Source: Planctomycetota bacterium
GTDB lineage: Bacteria; Planctomycetota; B15-G4; SIAN01
NCBI GenBank assembly: GCA_031409275.1
Contig: JANNXA010000019.1
Coordinates: forward strand, 1-40,739
DNA length: 40,739 nt
Direction of reading: 5' to 3'
Shown: in pieces, positions 1-9,206 of the stretch
How the letters are laid out: each line of letters starts with the position of its first letter
Position numbering within the stretch: the stretch's first letter is position 1
Program-made: the position numbers and the translations under genes
Notes under the pieces: model-generated
Seen by the model: the letters and a program-made list of their open reading frames with translations, nothing else
What the model was told of the DNA's origin: nothing
Database searches by the model: none

Positions 1-1662
1 CTCGAGCCCCTGGCTGAAGGCGATGCCGTCGCTGGCGCCCGGATCGACGACGAGGATCTGCGCGTCGACTTCGATGCCGCACAGTGCGAGGTCAGGCTCG
101 ACCTCCTCGTCGAGCGCCAGCCCCGCGGCCGGCAGCGAGAAGACGAACGGCACCCACGGCGCCGCCACCAGGAAGTCGCCATCCCAGCTCGACGCGATCT
201 GCGCCTTGGCGAAGCCGAAGAGCAGCAGCGCAATGGTCGGCTGTCCGTAGCTGTTGCCGAGTTCGATCGAGATCGGCTCGCCGAGCTGCGGCGGGTTGCT
301 CGCCGTCAGCGACGGCACGCCGTTGGTCCCGGGCCAGCCGGCGCCGTAGTTCTGCGCGGTGGCGTGGCAGTCGGCCCAAGTGAAGAGGTGCATCGCGCCC
401 GGCTGGAGCGAAGCGGTGTAGATCTCGCCGGGCGCCCCGATCAGGATCTCGCGCAGCCCATCGCCATCGAGATCCTGGTGGGCCATGACATCGAAGCCGA
501 AGACATCGTCGGTGATATCCGAGGTGAGGTCGTGCAGCAGCTTTCCGCGCCGACCCGAATAGACGAAGCAGTGGCCCTCGTAAGGCCGCGTGACGTGGCC
601 GGTCGGCGCCGTGATGGCGAACTCGCGCACGCCATCGCCGTCGAGATCATCGAGCCCAGCCACCGCGGCCCCGAAGAGGTCGCCGTCCTCGGCGCCGCTG
701 AAGCAATAGAGCTCGGTGCCGTACTTCAGCGAGTAGACGTGCGCCTCGCCCGGCATCGATGGGTAGTCGTTGAACGACCCGACCAACAGGTCGGGCACGC
801 CGTCCGCGTCGAGGTCGCCCACGTCCGAGAGCGCGCAACCGAACCAATCGCCGACGCCACCATTCGCGGAGAAGCGGAGCGTCGCGCCTTTTCCGGTCCA
901 GACCTCGACGCCGCCGCGCCACACGCCATTCACCTGGCGACCGATCGCGCCGATCGCGAAGTCGACGGCACCATCGCCGTCGACGTCGCCGACGCGCGCC
1001 ACGGCGTAGCCATAGTTCTCCTGATAGACGGTGCCCGCGTTCTTCCAGATCGTCGAGCCGTCCTTGCCCGAGTAGATGTAGACCGCACCCGAGTAGTCGG
1101 TCGCGCCGCTTCCGTGGTAGATCGCGCTGACCGCGACGTCGGCGAAGCCGTCGCCATCGATGTCGCCGATCACCGTGGGCCGATCGCCATACGCCGCTTC
1201 AAGCTCAGTGCCCTTCCACTCGTGGATCAGCGCGCCGGTCGGGCCCGAGAAGGCGCGCACGTAGCCGTAGCCGTAGGTGATCAGGTCGGGCGTTTGCATC
1301 GCGCCGAGCACGTAGTCGTCGAAGCCGTCGCCGTCGATGTCGCCGACCTCGCGGCCGATCCCCCACCCGAGCTGATCCGCGGCGGCGTCACCGAAGTGCT
1401 CGCGCAACACCGAAAAGTCGCGTCCCGACAGGACGCGCACGCGGCCCGCGTCGGTCCCGTTGGTGTCGTCGGTCGGCGAGCCGACCAGCAGGTCGCCGAT
1501 CCCGTCGCCGTCGACGTCACCCGCCGGACCGAACGCCCAGCCGAAGGTGTCGCTGTTCGACGCGCCGCGGATCCGCAACAGGTCGGTCTGCGCCGAAGCG
1601 GCGCCCCCTCCGCAGGCAAATGCCGCGCAAGCTGCGCTGGCCGTGACGATCGAGACCTTCAT
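1..1662 (-). CDS. Secreted FG-GAP (integrin-alpha-like beta-propeller) repeat protein, 3' end cut by the window edge
   Basis: Not in the ORF track because no stop lies in the window. Manual translation from ATG 1662 (AGGAGG upstream) gives MKVSIVTASAACAAFACGGGAASAQTDLL..., a signal peptide. Repeated GDVDGDG/DLLVG FG-GAP units follow, then a C-terminal non-repeat segment NYGAGWPGTNGVP...DPGASDGIAFSQGLE. Confidence 0.85.
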   Translation of the reverse strand, partial: MKVSIVTASAACAAFACGGGAASAQTDLLRIRGASNSDTFGWAFGPAGDVDGDGIGDLLVGSPTDDTNGTDAGRVRVLSGRDFSVLREHFGDAAADQLGWGIGREVGDIDGDGFDDYVLGAMQTPDLITYGYGYVRAFSGPTGALIHEWKGTELEAAYGDRPTVIGDIDGDGFADVAVSAIYHGSGATDYSGAVYIYSGKDGSTIWKNAGTVYQENYGYAVARVGDVDGDGAVDFAIGAIGRQVNGVWRGGVEVWTGKGATLRFSANGGVGDWFGCALSDVGDLDADGVPDLLVGSFNDYPSMPGEAHVYSLKYGTELYCFSGAEDGDLFGAAVAGLDDLDGDGVREFAITAPTGHVTRPYEGHCFVYSGRRGKLLHDLTSDITDDVFGFDVMAHQDLDGDGLREILIGAPGEIYTASLQPGAMHLFTWADCHATAQNYGAGWPGTNGVPSLTASNPPQLGEPISIELGNSYGQPTIALLLFGFAKAQIASSWDGDFLVAAPWVPFVFSLPAAGLALDEEVEPDLALCGIEVDAQILVVDPGASDGIAFSQGLE

Positions 1663-1757
1663 CGGGCGTCCTCCTGTCCATCGGCCGCCTCGCGGCGACC
1701 GCGCCAGCCCTCTTGCCAGCGTGGGACAGGAGTAGGACCCGGAAGACGCGGCCGCCG

Positions 1758-4700
1758 TTACTGCGTTCGCGAAAAAGAAGCGGCCGCCTCCGCCTCGGCG
1801 AGGCGCGGCAACCGCGGTCGCCCGGGCCGCGTGTTCCATTCGAGCTGCCAGACGCGATGGGCGGCGTCATCGGGAAAGTGCTCGTCGTCGCGATAGGGGT
1901 AACCGCTCATCGCGTGGAACGGCAGCGGCAGGACCGTCTGCGCATCGGTGGTGTTGGCGTCGCCATCCTTCGCCCAGCCATCCAGGTAGAGCAGCATCGT
2001 GCGCGCCATGCCGGGCGCGAGTGGCGGCAGCGTGGTCGCGTTGAAACGCAGGTCGATGGCGTCTCCGGACGACATCAGGACGAAGCGGTCATCGACGTCA
2101 CCCAACAACGGGACGACGTCGCCGTAGCGCGTCAGCATCCCGACGTGCTGATCGAAGCGTGGGGTCGGCTCGCGCTGCGACCAGTCGTAGCGCTCGGCCT
2201 GCCACGGCTCGCGCGGCAGCGGACGCGAGAAGCCGCGCTCCCAAAGACGCGCCACCTTCGGCTCGAGCTTGGTGACGGAGAAAGGGGCATCGCTGGCGGC
2301 GTCGTCGATGGCCGCGTCATCGAGCGCCACCGCGATCGTGTCCCAGTAGAGCTCGAGCGTCGACTCGAGGCGCAGGCGCAGATCGTCGCGCGCGAGCCAT
2401 TGCGTCACGTCGACCACCATCGTCTTGGTCTTGCCCGCGGGGAACCCGAGCGGTGGCCCGCAACCGCGCCAACCGCCGGCGCCATCGGGCTGCGCCAGCA
2501 GCGGCGGCACGAACTCGACGCTGCCGTTCCTCGCCGCGGCGAGGTTCACGCTGGCGTCGCCCCACTGCAGCCATCCCGTCAACAGCAGCCGCACCCGCTT
2601 CGCCGCGCGCGCTGCGTCCGGCAGCGTGAGCTCGAGCGTGTGGCGCGTCGCGATCCCTCGATAGGTCGCCACCAACGGCGTGAACGGCGCCGCCGGCACG
2701 TCATCGAGGTCGGCAAGCTCGCGCGTCCAATCGCGCCCCGCTTGATCGACGACGCGGACCATCGGCTCGACGCGTCGCATCGCGTGGAGGCGCTGCGGCG
2801 GGAACGGCGGGAAGCAGAAGCGCTCCTCCGGATGGAGCAGCACGTCGGCGGCGTGGTCGACTGCCCACAACTGCGCGCGATCGAGGTAGGTCGTCTCGCG
2901 CAACTCCTCGGTCAGCTGGAAACGGAACTCGCCGTCGATCGCGACCAGCTGCCCCGGCGCGAGTCGCACCAGCTCGTCGTGATCGGGTTGGACGAAACGC
3001 TGCGCGTCGATCGGCAGGCCAAGCGGCGTCGTGCCCAGCACGTCGGTGAGGAACTCGTAGGTCGTGCCGTTCCAGAAATAGAGGAACGGACAGGAGCCCG
3101 GCGGCCCCTTCTTCTGCGTGAGGACGAGACGAACGTCGCCGCTGAGATCCACCCACAGCGTCGGATCGTCGATCGGATGCACGGCGGCCTTCGCCGCCTC
3201 GTCGATCGGCGCGACGTCCTCGATCTTGCGATCCTGCAGCGCGTGCTGGGTGACGCCGTCGGTCCAGGTGATGCGCACGATCGGCTCGTCGCTGCCGCCG
3301 AAGCCCAACAACTGCACGGGACTGCGCACGAAGCGGCGCTGATAGCGGCCGCCGACGCGCACCTCGATCAGCGCGCCGGTGGCGAAGCGGTTGTCCTTGC
3401 GGCCGCGCAGCAACAGCAGCGCGCGCCGCGGCGCATCGGAGAGCGTCCCTCGCCTCACCTGCAGCGCCCCCGCGTCGAGGTGGAGGGTGTCGAGGTCCGC
3501 ATCGAGGTCGAGATCGCTCGCCGCGTCGGCCGCCAGCCACGCGCACTCGCCGTCGAGGTCAATGTCGCACCACACGGCCTGCGCGAACGTGGAGCGAGCG
3601 ACGGCCGCCGGCGCCGCCACCGCCACGGCGAACGTGCCATCGCCCTTGCCGCGAAAGAGGCGCGCGGTCGCGCCGGCGGTGACGACGTCGGGAACGGAGT
3701 CGCCATCGAGGTCGAAGAGCAGCGGCGCCTCATCAAGGCCATCGGGCAGGCCACTGCGTTCGCGCGCGATCGCCTCGAAACGGCCGCGCCGCAGGTTCGA
3801 CCACACGAGCGTCGGCGCGCCGGCCCCGCCGGTCAGCAGGTCGACGTCATGGTCGCTGTCGAGGTCTTCGATCAGCGCGAAGCGGGCCGCGCGATCCTCG
3901 AGGCCGCTGCCGACCGTCACCTCGCGAAACGTGATCGGACCGATCTTGCTGCCGTCGGCGTCCGAGCGCGGGACGCCGCCGCTCTCGATGAGGCAGAGCT
4001 TGCCGCCAACGATCAGCAGCAGGTCCAAGTGGCCGTCGTGGTTGAAGTCGACCGGTGTCACCGCGTCGACCGACGCGCCGCTCGCCACCGGAGGAAGCGC
4101 GGCACTCTCCTCGACGAAGGCCTCCGCCATTTCGACCGCGAGGGCGCCCTGCGGCGTGAAGAGGCGCAACCCTGCCGCCCCGAACGCGAAGAGGCTCGCG
4201 CGGCCGCCGTTCTCCACTTCGGCGGCGACCACGCCGCGAAAGTCGCCCGACGCGACGCGCGCCTCGACGCGACGGCCGGCGCGATCTCGGCTCCACGCCA
4301 ATCCTTCGTCATCGATCCACGCCACGTCGTCGCGCAGATCACCGTCGAGGTCCGCCACGGCGAACGCTCGCACGGCCCCACGCGCACTCGCACTCCACGA
4401 CTCCGCTGCACCGAAGGCGACGCGCGCGGCCTGCACCGGCGTCGGCTCGCCCAGCGGGAGGCCGGAACGGCGAATGCGGCCCAACTCGCCAAGCAGCATG
4501 TCCTGATCGTCTTTGGTCTTGCTCACCGGCTCGGGGAGCGTCGACATGATCTCCAGCAGTTCGCGACCGCGCGCCGCGTCGGTCTCGCTACCCGTCCGCA
4601 GCAGGAGGCGCGCGAGGCGATAGAGCACGGTGCGGTAGTAGACGCCGAGGAACTCCTTGCCGCGGGCGTAGAGCGGGTCGAAGAGCGCCAGCGCCGCCTT

Positions 4701-5273
4701 GCGGTCGCCGCTGTCCTCGAGCGCCAGCGCAAGGTGGACCTGCGTGCCGAGGTCGTCAGGCGCCAGGTCGTGCGCGCGCCGCAGCGGGGCGACCGCCTCC
4801 TCCGGAGTGGCCTCGGCCGCCCAGCGCCCCGCCAGCACGCCGATCACGTAATGCGCGCTCGCGGTCGCCTCGGCCAGCGCCAGTCCATCTCCGCAGTGGC
4901 GCCGCGCAGCGCGCGCCCACCCATCGATCGTCGCGGTCGGCGTGTCGATCGAGCCGCGCTTGATCCAACGCGCGAAGAAGAGCTGACCGAGGTGCACGTG
5001 GTCGGCCGGCTCCACGTCGGGCCGCTTCAGCAGATCGAGCAGCACCTGCTCCGCATCGTCGTATCGCTCCTCATCGAAGAGCGCCGCCGCCAGTTCACGC
5101 GCCGCATCGGTGGAGACCGGCACGACGAGCGCAGGGGGCGGCCGTCGCGGCGCTTCCGTCGACGCGCCGGTCGCGTGCGGCGTCTCCTGCGACGCGGGGA
5201 TCAGCAGCAGAGCGCCGAGGAGGGCGATGCCAACGATCCCGGCGAATCCCAACATGCGTTCGCGACCGCCCAT
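1758..5273 (-). CDS. TPR + FG-GAP + ASPIC/UnbV (CRTAC1-like) protein with conserved C-terminal GSCPFLY module, paralog 1
   Basis: ORF 1758..5348; likely start ATG 5273 after GAGGAG. N-terminal hydrophobic anchor, TPR-like helices, DLDGD/DFNHDG repeats, an ASPIC/UnbV-like LRGRKDNRFATGA..VRITWTDG segment, then the GSCPFLYFWNG domain. Confidence 0.85.
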   Translation of the reverse strand: MGGRERMLGFAGIVGIALLGALLLIPASQETPHATGASTEAPRRPPPALVVPVSTDAARELAAALFDEERYDDAEQVLLDLLKRPDVEPADHVHLGQLFFARWIKRGSIDTPTATIDGWARAARRHCGDGLALAEATASAHYVIGVLAGRWAAEATPEEAVAPLRRAHDLAPDDLGTQVHLALALEDSGDRKAALALFDPLYARGKEFLGVYYRTVLYRLARLLLRTGSETDAARGRELLEIMSTLPEPVSKTKDDQDMLLGELGRIRRSGLPLGEPTPVQAARVAFGAAESWSASARGAVRAFAVADLDGDLRDDVAWIDDEGLAWSRDRAGRRVEARVASGDFRGVVAAEVENGGRASLFAFGAAGLRLFTPQGALAVEMAEAFVEESAALPPVASGASVDAVTPVDFNHDGHLDLLLIVGGKLCLIESGGVPRSDADGSKIGPITFREVTVGSGLEDRAARFALIEDLDSDHDVDLLTGGAGAPTLVWSNLRRGRFEAIARERSGLPDGLDEAPLLFDLDGDSVPDVVTAGATARLFRGKGDGTFAVAVAAPAAVARSTFAQAVWCDIDLDGECAWLAADAASDLDLDADLDTLHLDAGALQVRRGTLSDAPRRALLLLRGRKDNRFATGALIEVRVGGRYQRRFVRSPVQLLGFGGSDEPIVRITWTDGVTQHALQDRKIEDVAPIDEAAKAAVHPIDDPTLWVDLSGDVRLVLTQKKGPPGSCPFLYFWNGTTYEFLTDVLGTTPLGLPIDAQRFVQPDHDELVRLAPGQLVAIDGEFRFQLTEELRETTYLDRAQLWAVDHAADVLLHPEERFCFPPFPPQRLHAMRRVEPMVRVVDQAGRDWTRELADLDDVPAAPFTPLVATYRGIATRHTLELTLPDAARAAKRVRLLLTGWLQWGDASVNLAAARNGSVEFVPPLLAQPDGAGGWRGCGPPLGFPAGKTKTMVVDVTQWLARDDLRLRLESTLELYWDTIAVALDDAAIDDAASDAPFSVTKLEPKVARLWERGFSRPLPREPWQAERYDWSQREPTPRFDQHVGMLTRYGDVVPLLGDVDDRFVLMSSGDAIDLRFNATTLPPLAPGMARTMLLYLDGWAKDGDANTTDAQTVLPLPFHAMSGYPYRDDEHFPDDAAHRVWQLEWNTRPGRPRLPRLAEAEAAASFSRTQ

Positions 5274-5418
5274 GCGCGCCTCCTCATGAAGACGCGCGAA
5301 CGCGGTCCGATCAGCGAATCGGCGCTCCAGAACAGCGTCCGCATGCAAGCGGCGAGCCGCCCCTCACGCCGGCGCGTGGCCCAGGGGCGTTGCGCAAAGG
5401 GTCACCTCCGTCGGGTCG

Positions 5419-8400
5419 TTACGACCCAGCGGCGGGCGCTCCAGACACGGCCGCGCGAGTCGGCGGCGGCGAGCCGCGACGCCCACGTGCCGCGCCCGGC
5501 GCAAGCGGCGCGATCAGCCGTTTGCCGGCGCGCGTGTTCCATTCGAGCTGGTAATCGAGGTGCGACTCGTCGTCTGGATAGTGCTCGTCGGCGCGATACG
5601 GATAGCCGCTCATGCCATGGAACGGCAGCGGGGTGACGCTCTGGCTGAACATCGTGTTGGGGTCCGCGTCCTTCGCCCAGCCATCGAAGAAGACGAGGTA
5701 GGTGCGCGCCATCCCCTCTTTCGGCGGCGTCGTCGTCGCATCGAAGCGCAGGTCCATCGCATCGCCCGAAGAGAAGAGGACCATGCGATCGTCGATGTCG
5801 CCGAGCAGCGAAGCGACCGCGCCATAGCGCGTGAGCATCCCGGCGTGCTGGTTCCAGCGCGGCAGCGGTTCGAGCAGGTTCCAGTCGAAGCGCTCGGGCT
5901 GGTCGTCGCGTTCGTTCTCGATTCGCGCCGAGAAGCCGCGCGACCAGAGACGAGCCGACTTCGGTTCGAGCTTCGTCACCGTGATGGGCGCGTCGTCGTC
6001 GTCGACCGCCACCGTGATCGCGTCCCAGTAGAGGCGGATCGAACTGGCGATGCGCAGGCGCAGGTCGGCGCGATTCACCATCGAGGTGACGTCGACCACC
6101 ATCGTCTTGGTCTTGCCGGCAGGGAAACCGACTGGCGGCCCGCAATCGCGCCAGCCGCCCTGGCCATCGGGTACCGCGAAGATCGGCGGAACGAAGCCGA
6201 AGGAGCCGTTGCGATCGGCCAGCACGTTCACGCTGGCGTCGGTCCAGTAGAGCCAGCCCGTCATCAGCAGCCGGACCTTCTTCGCGTCGCGCACCGCTTC
6301 GGGCAGCGTGAGCTCCAGCGAGTGGTTGGTGACGAGTCCGAGGTAGCGCGAATCGCGCGGCTTGAACGGCACCGCGTGATGGCCATCGATCGTCGAGAGC
6401 GTCGCGGTCCAGTCGCGGCCATCCTGGTCGACGGCGCGCGTCATCGGCAGCGGCGCGCGCACGGTGTGGATCTTCTGCGGCGGGAACGGCGGGAAGGTGA
6501 AGCGCTCCTCGGGATGGACGTCGACGCCCTGCGGATGGTCGATCACCCACAGCTGCACGCGATCGAGGTAGGTCACCTCGCGCAGCTCTTCGGTCACCTG
6601 GAAGCGGTACTCGCCCTCCTGCGCGCGCAACTGCTCGCCGGTGACACGCACCAGCTCGTCATGGTCGGGCGGCACGTACATCGACTCGGTCATCGGCAGG
6701 CCGAGCGGCGTGATCCCGAGCACGTCGCTGATGAACTCGTACTGCGTGCCGTTCCACGAGTAGAGGAACGGGCAGCTTCCGGCGAGCCCCTCCTTCTGCA
6801 GGACGGCGGCGCGCACCACGGCGGCGACCGCGCCCGCCGCCGCGCATGACAACGGCGCTGCCGCGGCCGGATCGGAGACCGGCTCGATCAGGTTCTGCAC
6901 CACGCCGTTGGGCCAGGTGATGCGCACGAGGTCGATCTTCGGGGCAGCACCGAGGCCGACCAGGAAGTGGCGATCGCGCTGCAGCTGGCGCGCATAGAGG
7001 TCGCCCGCGCGCATCTCGAGGATGGCGCCGATCGCCTGGCGGTTGTCCTTCTTGCCGCGCAGCTCGAGGCGCAGCGAACGGCCGCTCGCCACTTCGCCGC
7101 AGAAGAGCTCGACGCCCTTGCCGGCGCGGCCGATCAGGTCGAAGTCGCCGTCACCGTCGAGGTCGACGAGGCGCGCCTCTCGCATTGCGCCGCCTCCCTC
7201 GATCGGCGTCAAGGGCGCGGTGGCGCTGGTCAGCGATCCGTAGCGGACCGCGACGCCGCCGGCCGGCGTGGCGCCGACGAAGTCGAGCTCGCCATCGAGG
7301 TTCACGTCGACGAGTTGCGGCGCGCCGTTCCACAGCGCCGCGAGCTCACTGCGCGGCGAGCCGGCGGCGAACGTCCCATCGCCGCGATTCAGCAGCACCA
7401 TCGGCGGCGTGCCGGGCACGACCGCATCGGGGGCACCGTCATGGTCGACGTCGGCGAGCAGCGGCGCGTTGGCGAGGTCGCTCGGCAGGCCGCTCTTGTC
7501 GGCGGCGATCGCCGCGAAACGCCCCTTGCGCAGGTTGGTGTAGAGCGTCGTCTTGCCGCCGCCACCGCCGGCCAGCAGATCGATGTCCTGATCGCTGTCG
7601 AAGTCCTCGATCGCGACCCAGCTGCAGGGCGTGGTTGCGATCCCTTCGGCCAGCGCCGTCACGTCCTGCAACTGCACCGCTCCCGTACGCTCCTCGGTGT
7701 AGGGCTCGCGCGGCAGGCCATCATTGCGGATCAACCGCAGGCCGGCTGGCGACGCGATCACCAGGTCGGCGTGGCCATCGTGGCCGAAATCGACCCGCTG
7801 GACCGCGCTGACGTTGGCAGGCCACGCCGGCAGCTGCGCACTGACGTCGACGATTCCGCCGCTGCCATCGGGGGTCGGCGCGAGCAGCTTTGCGCCCGCG
7901 CTGCCGACCAGCAGGAGGCTCATGCCGAACTCGTTCTCGAAATCGACGGCGTGCACCGAAGTCGCGCCGGCGAGCAGCGCCGCGTCGACCGCAAGCGGCT
8001 GCGTGACGAACTCGCCCTTCGCCTGCTGACGGGCGAGCCACAACGCCGGCTTTCCGTCGGCGCCGACGCCCAGCACCAGCAAGTCGTCGCGCAGATCGCT
8101 GTCGACGTCGGCAACGTCGAAGGCGATCGCTTCCCCCAACCCCGCGAAGAGCGGTGGATGAAGCGTGAAGCGAACGGCAGGCGCCGACGCGGGAACGCCG
8201 CCACCCACCCCACGCATGGCCGGCGGGCGCACGCGGCCGAGGTTGCCGAGCTTGATCTCGTCCTCGCTGGGGTTGGGAGCTTTCGCCTCGTTCAGCCGCT
8301 TGTGCTCGGCGAGCAGTTCGCCCGCGCGCTTGGTGTCGTCGATGCCCGCCGCAGCGTCGCCCTTCTTGCGTTGCCGCAGCACGCGGGCGAGTCGATAGAT

Positions 8401-9063
8401 CGCCGGCATGTAGAAGGAGCCGGCGAACTCCGGCCCCGCGGCGCGCACCGACTCGTAGAGCTCGATGGCGCGATCGCGCTCCTCGAGTTCGTTGCAGACC
8501 TCGGCGAGCCGCATGCGCGTCGGCACGTCATCGGGCGCGATCTCGTTCGCCGCCGTGAATTCGACCTTGGCGGTGGCCGCATCCTGCTCGCGATCGAAAG
8601 CCACGACGCCCAGCACGTAGTGGGCCGCCGCCGACTTCGCGTCGCGCGCCAGCGCCTGCCGGCACAGCTCGCGGATCTTGGGCGTCTCCAGTTCCTGCGC
8701 GGCGGGGTCTTGCTGGTGGAGCTTCAACTTGGCACAGGCGACGTCGACGAGATCCTCGGGTGTGGCAAACGGGCTCGCGACCAGTTGCATCAGCACGTCA
8801 TGGGCGCGCTCGAATCCCCCTTCGACCAGTTCCGCTTCGCCGTAGTGAGCCGCGGCGAGTTCACGCAGCGTCGTCACCGAGCGCGGTTCACCGCCCTTCG
8901 CCTGGCCGCCGACGGGGGCGGCGTTGCCACCGCTTTGCGGTTGGCCAGCCGGTGGCCCGCCGCCGCCATCGTCTTTGGTGCAGCTCACGCCCGACCCGAG
9001 CATCAGGGTGCCCCAAGTGGCGAGGGTGGCCGCATGACGGACCGACAGATCGCGACGTCGCAT
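5419..9063 (-). CDS. TPR + FG-GAP + ASPIC/UnbV (CRTAC1-like) putative lipoprotein, paralog 2
   Basis: ORF 5419..9147; likely start ATG 9063 after GGAGAG. MRRRDL...GSGVSC resembles a lipoprotein signal. Same architecture as the neighbour: LRGKKDNRQAIGA, VRITWPNG, GSCPFLYSWNG. Confidence 0.85.
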   Translation of the reverse strand: MRRRDLSVRHAATLATWGTLMLGSGVSCTKDDGGGGPPAGQPQSGGNAAPVGGQAKGGEPRSVTTLRELAAAHYGEAELVEGGFERAHDVLMQLVASPFATPEDLVDVACAKLKLHQQDPAAQELETPKIRELCRQALARDAKSAAAHYVLGVVAFDREQDAATAKVEFTAANEIAPDDVPTRMRLAEVCNELEERDRAIELYESVRAAGPEFAGSFYMPAIYRLARVLRQRKKGDAAAGIDDTKRAGELLAEHKRLNEAKAPNPSEDEIKLGNLGRVRPPAMRGVGGGVPASAPAVRFTLHPPLFAGLGEAIAFDVADVDSDLRDDLLVLGVGADGKPALWLARQQAKGEFVTQPLAVDAALLAGATSVHAVDFENEFGMSLLLVGSAGAKLLAPTPDGSGGIVDVSAQLPAWPANVSAVQRVDFGHDGHADLVIASPAGLRLIRNDGLPREPYTEERTGAVQLQDVTALAEGIATTPCSWVAIEDFDSDQDIDLLAGGGGGKTTLYTNLRKGRFAAIAADKSGLPSDLANAPLLADVDHDGAPDAVVPGTPPMVLLNRGDGTFAAGSPRSELAALWNGAPQLVDVNLDGELDFVGATPAGGVAVRYGSLTSATAPLTPIEGGGAMREARLVDLDGDGDFDLIGRAGKGVELFCGEVASGRSLRLELRGKKDNRQAIGAILEMRAGDLYARQLQRDRHFLVGLGAAPKIDLVRITWPNGVVQNLIEPVSDPAAAAPLSCAAAGAVAAVVRAAVLQKEGLAGSCPFLYSWNGTQYEFISDVLGITPLGLPMTESMYVPPDHDELVRVTGEQLRAQEGEYRFQVTEELREVTYLDRVQLWVIDHPQGVDVHPEERFTFPPFPPQKIHTVRAPLPMTRAVDQDGRDWTATLSTIDGHHAVPFKPRDSRYLGLVTNHSLELTLPEAVRDAKKVRLLMTGWLYWTDASVNVLADRNGSFGFVPPIFAVPDGQGGWRDCGPPVGFPAGKTKTMVVDVTSMVNRADLRLRIASSIRLYWDAITVAVDDDDAPITVTKLEPKSARLWSRGFSARIENERDDQPERFDWNLLEPLPRWNQHAGMLTRYGAVASLLGDIDDRMVLFSSGDAMDLRFDATTTPPKEGMARTYLVFFDGWAKDADPNTMFSQSVTPLPFHGMSGYPYRADEHYPDDESHLDYQLEWNTRAGKRLIAPLAPGAARGRRGSPPPTRAAVSGAPAAGS

Positions 9064-9206
9064 GGCGGTCTCTCCGAGAACGTGCTTCAAGGCCTTCCGG
9101 ATGGCGCAGGCGGCGGGCGCGGCCGACGCCGACGGGCAGGTCGGCATCTTGCCAAAGCAGCGCCACGATTGACCCCGTCGACGCGCGCCTCGATGATCCG
9201 CGGCCC

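Noticed and set aside
1713..5636. 1307-aa + strand ORF and similar long ORFs (364..1896, 6967..9366, 19428..22112, 28246..30969, 30450..32810)
   Set aside because: These are antisense or off-frame shadows of well-supported genes. They are Arg/Ala-rich, have no motifs, and are expected in very GC-rich DNA.
1758..9063. Enediyne biosynthetic cluster (UnbV-like domains plus a ketosynthase in the window)
   Set aside because: There is no iterative PKSE, thioesterase or other cassette gene. ASPIC/UnbV proteins are widespread outside such clusters, and the KS is 11 kb away and type II-like.
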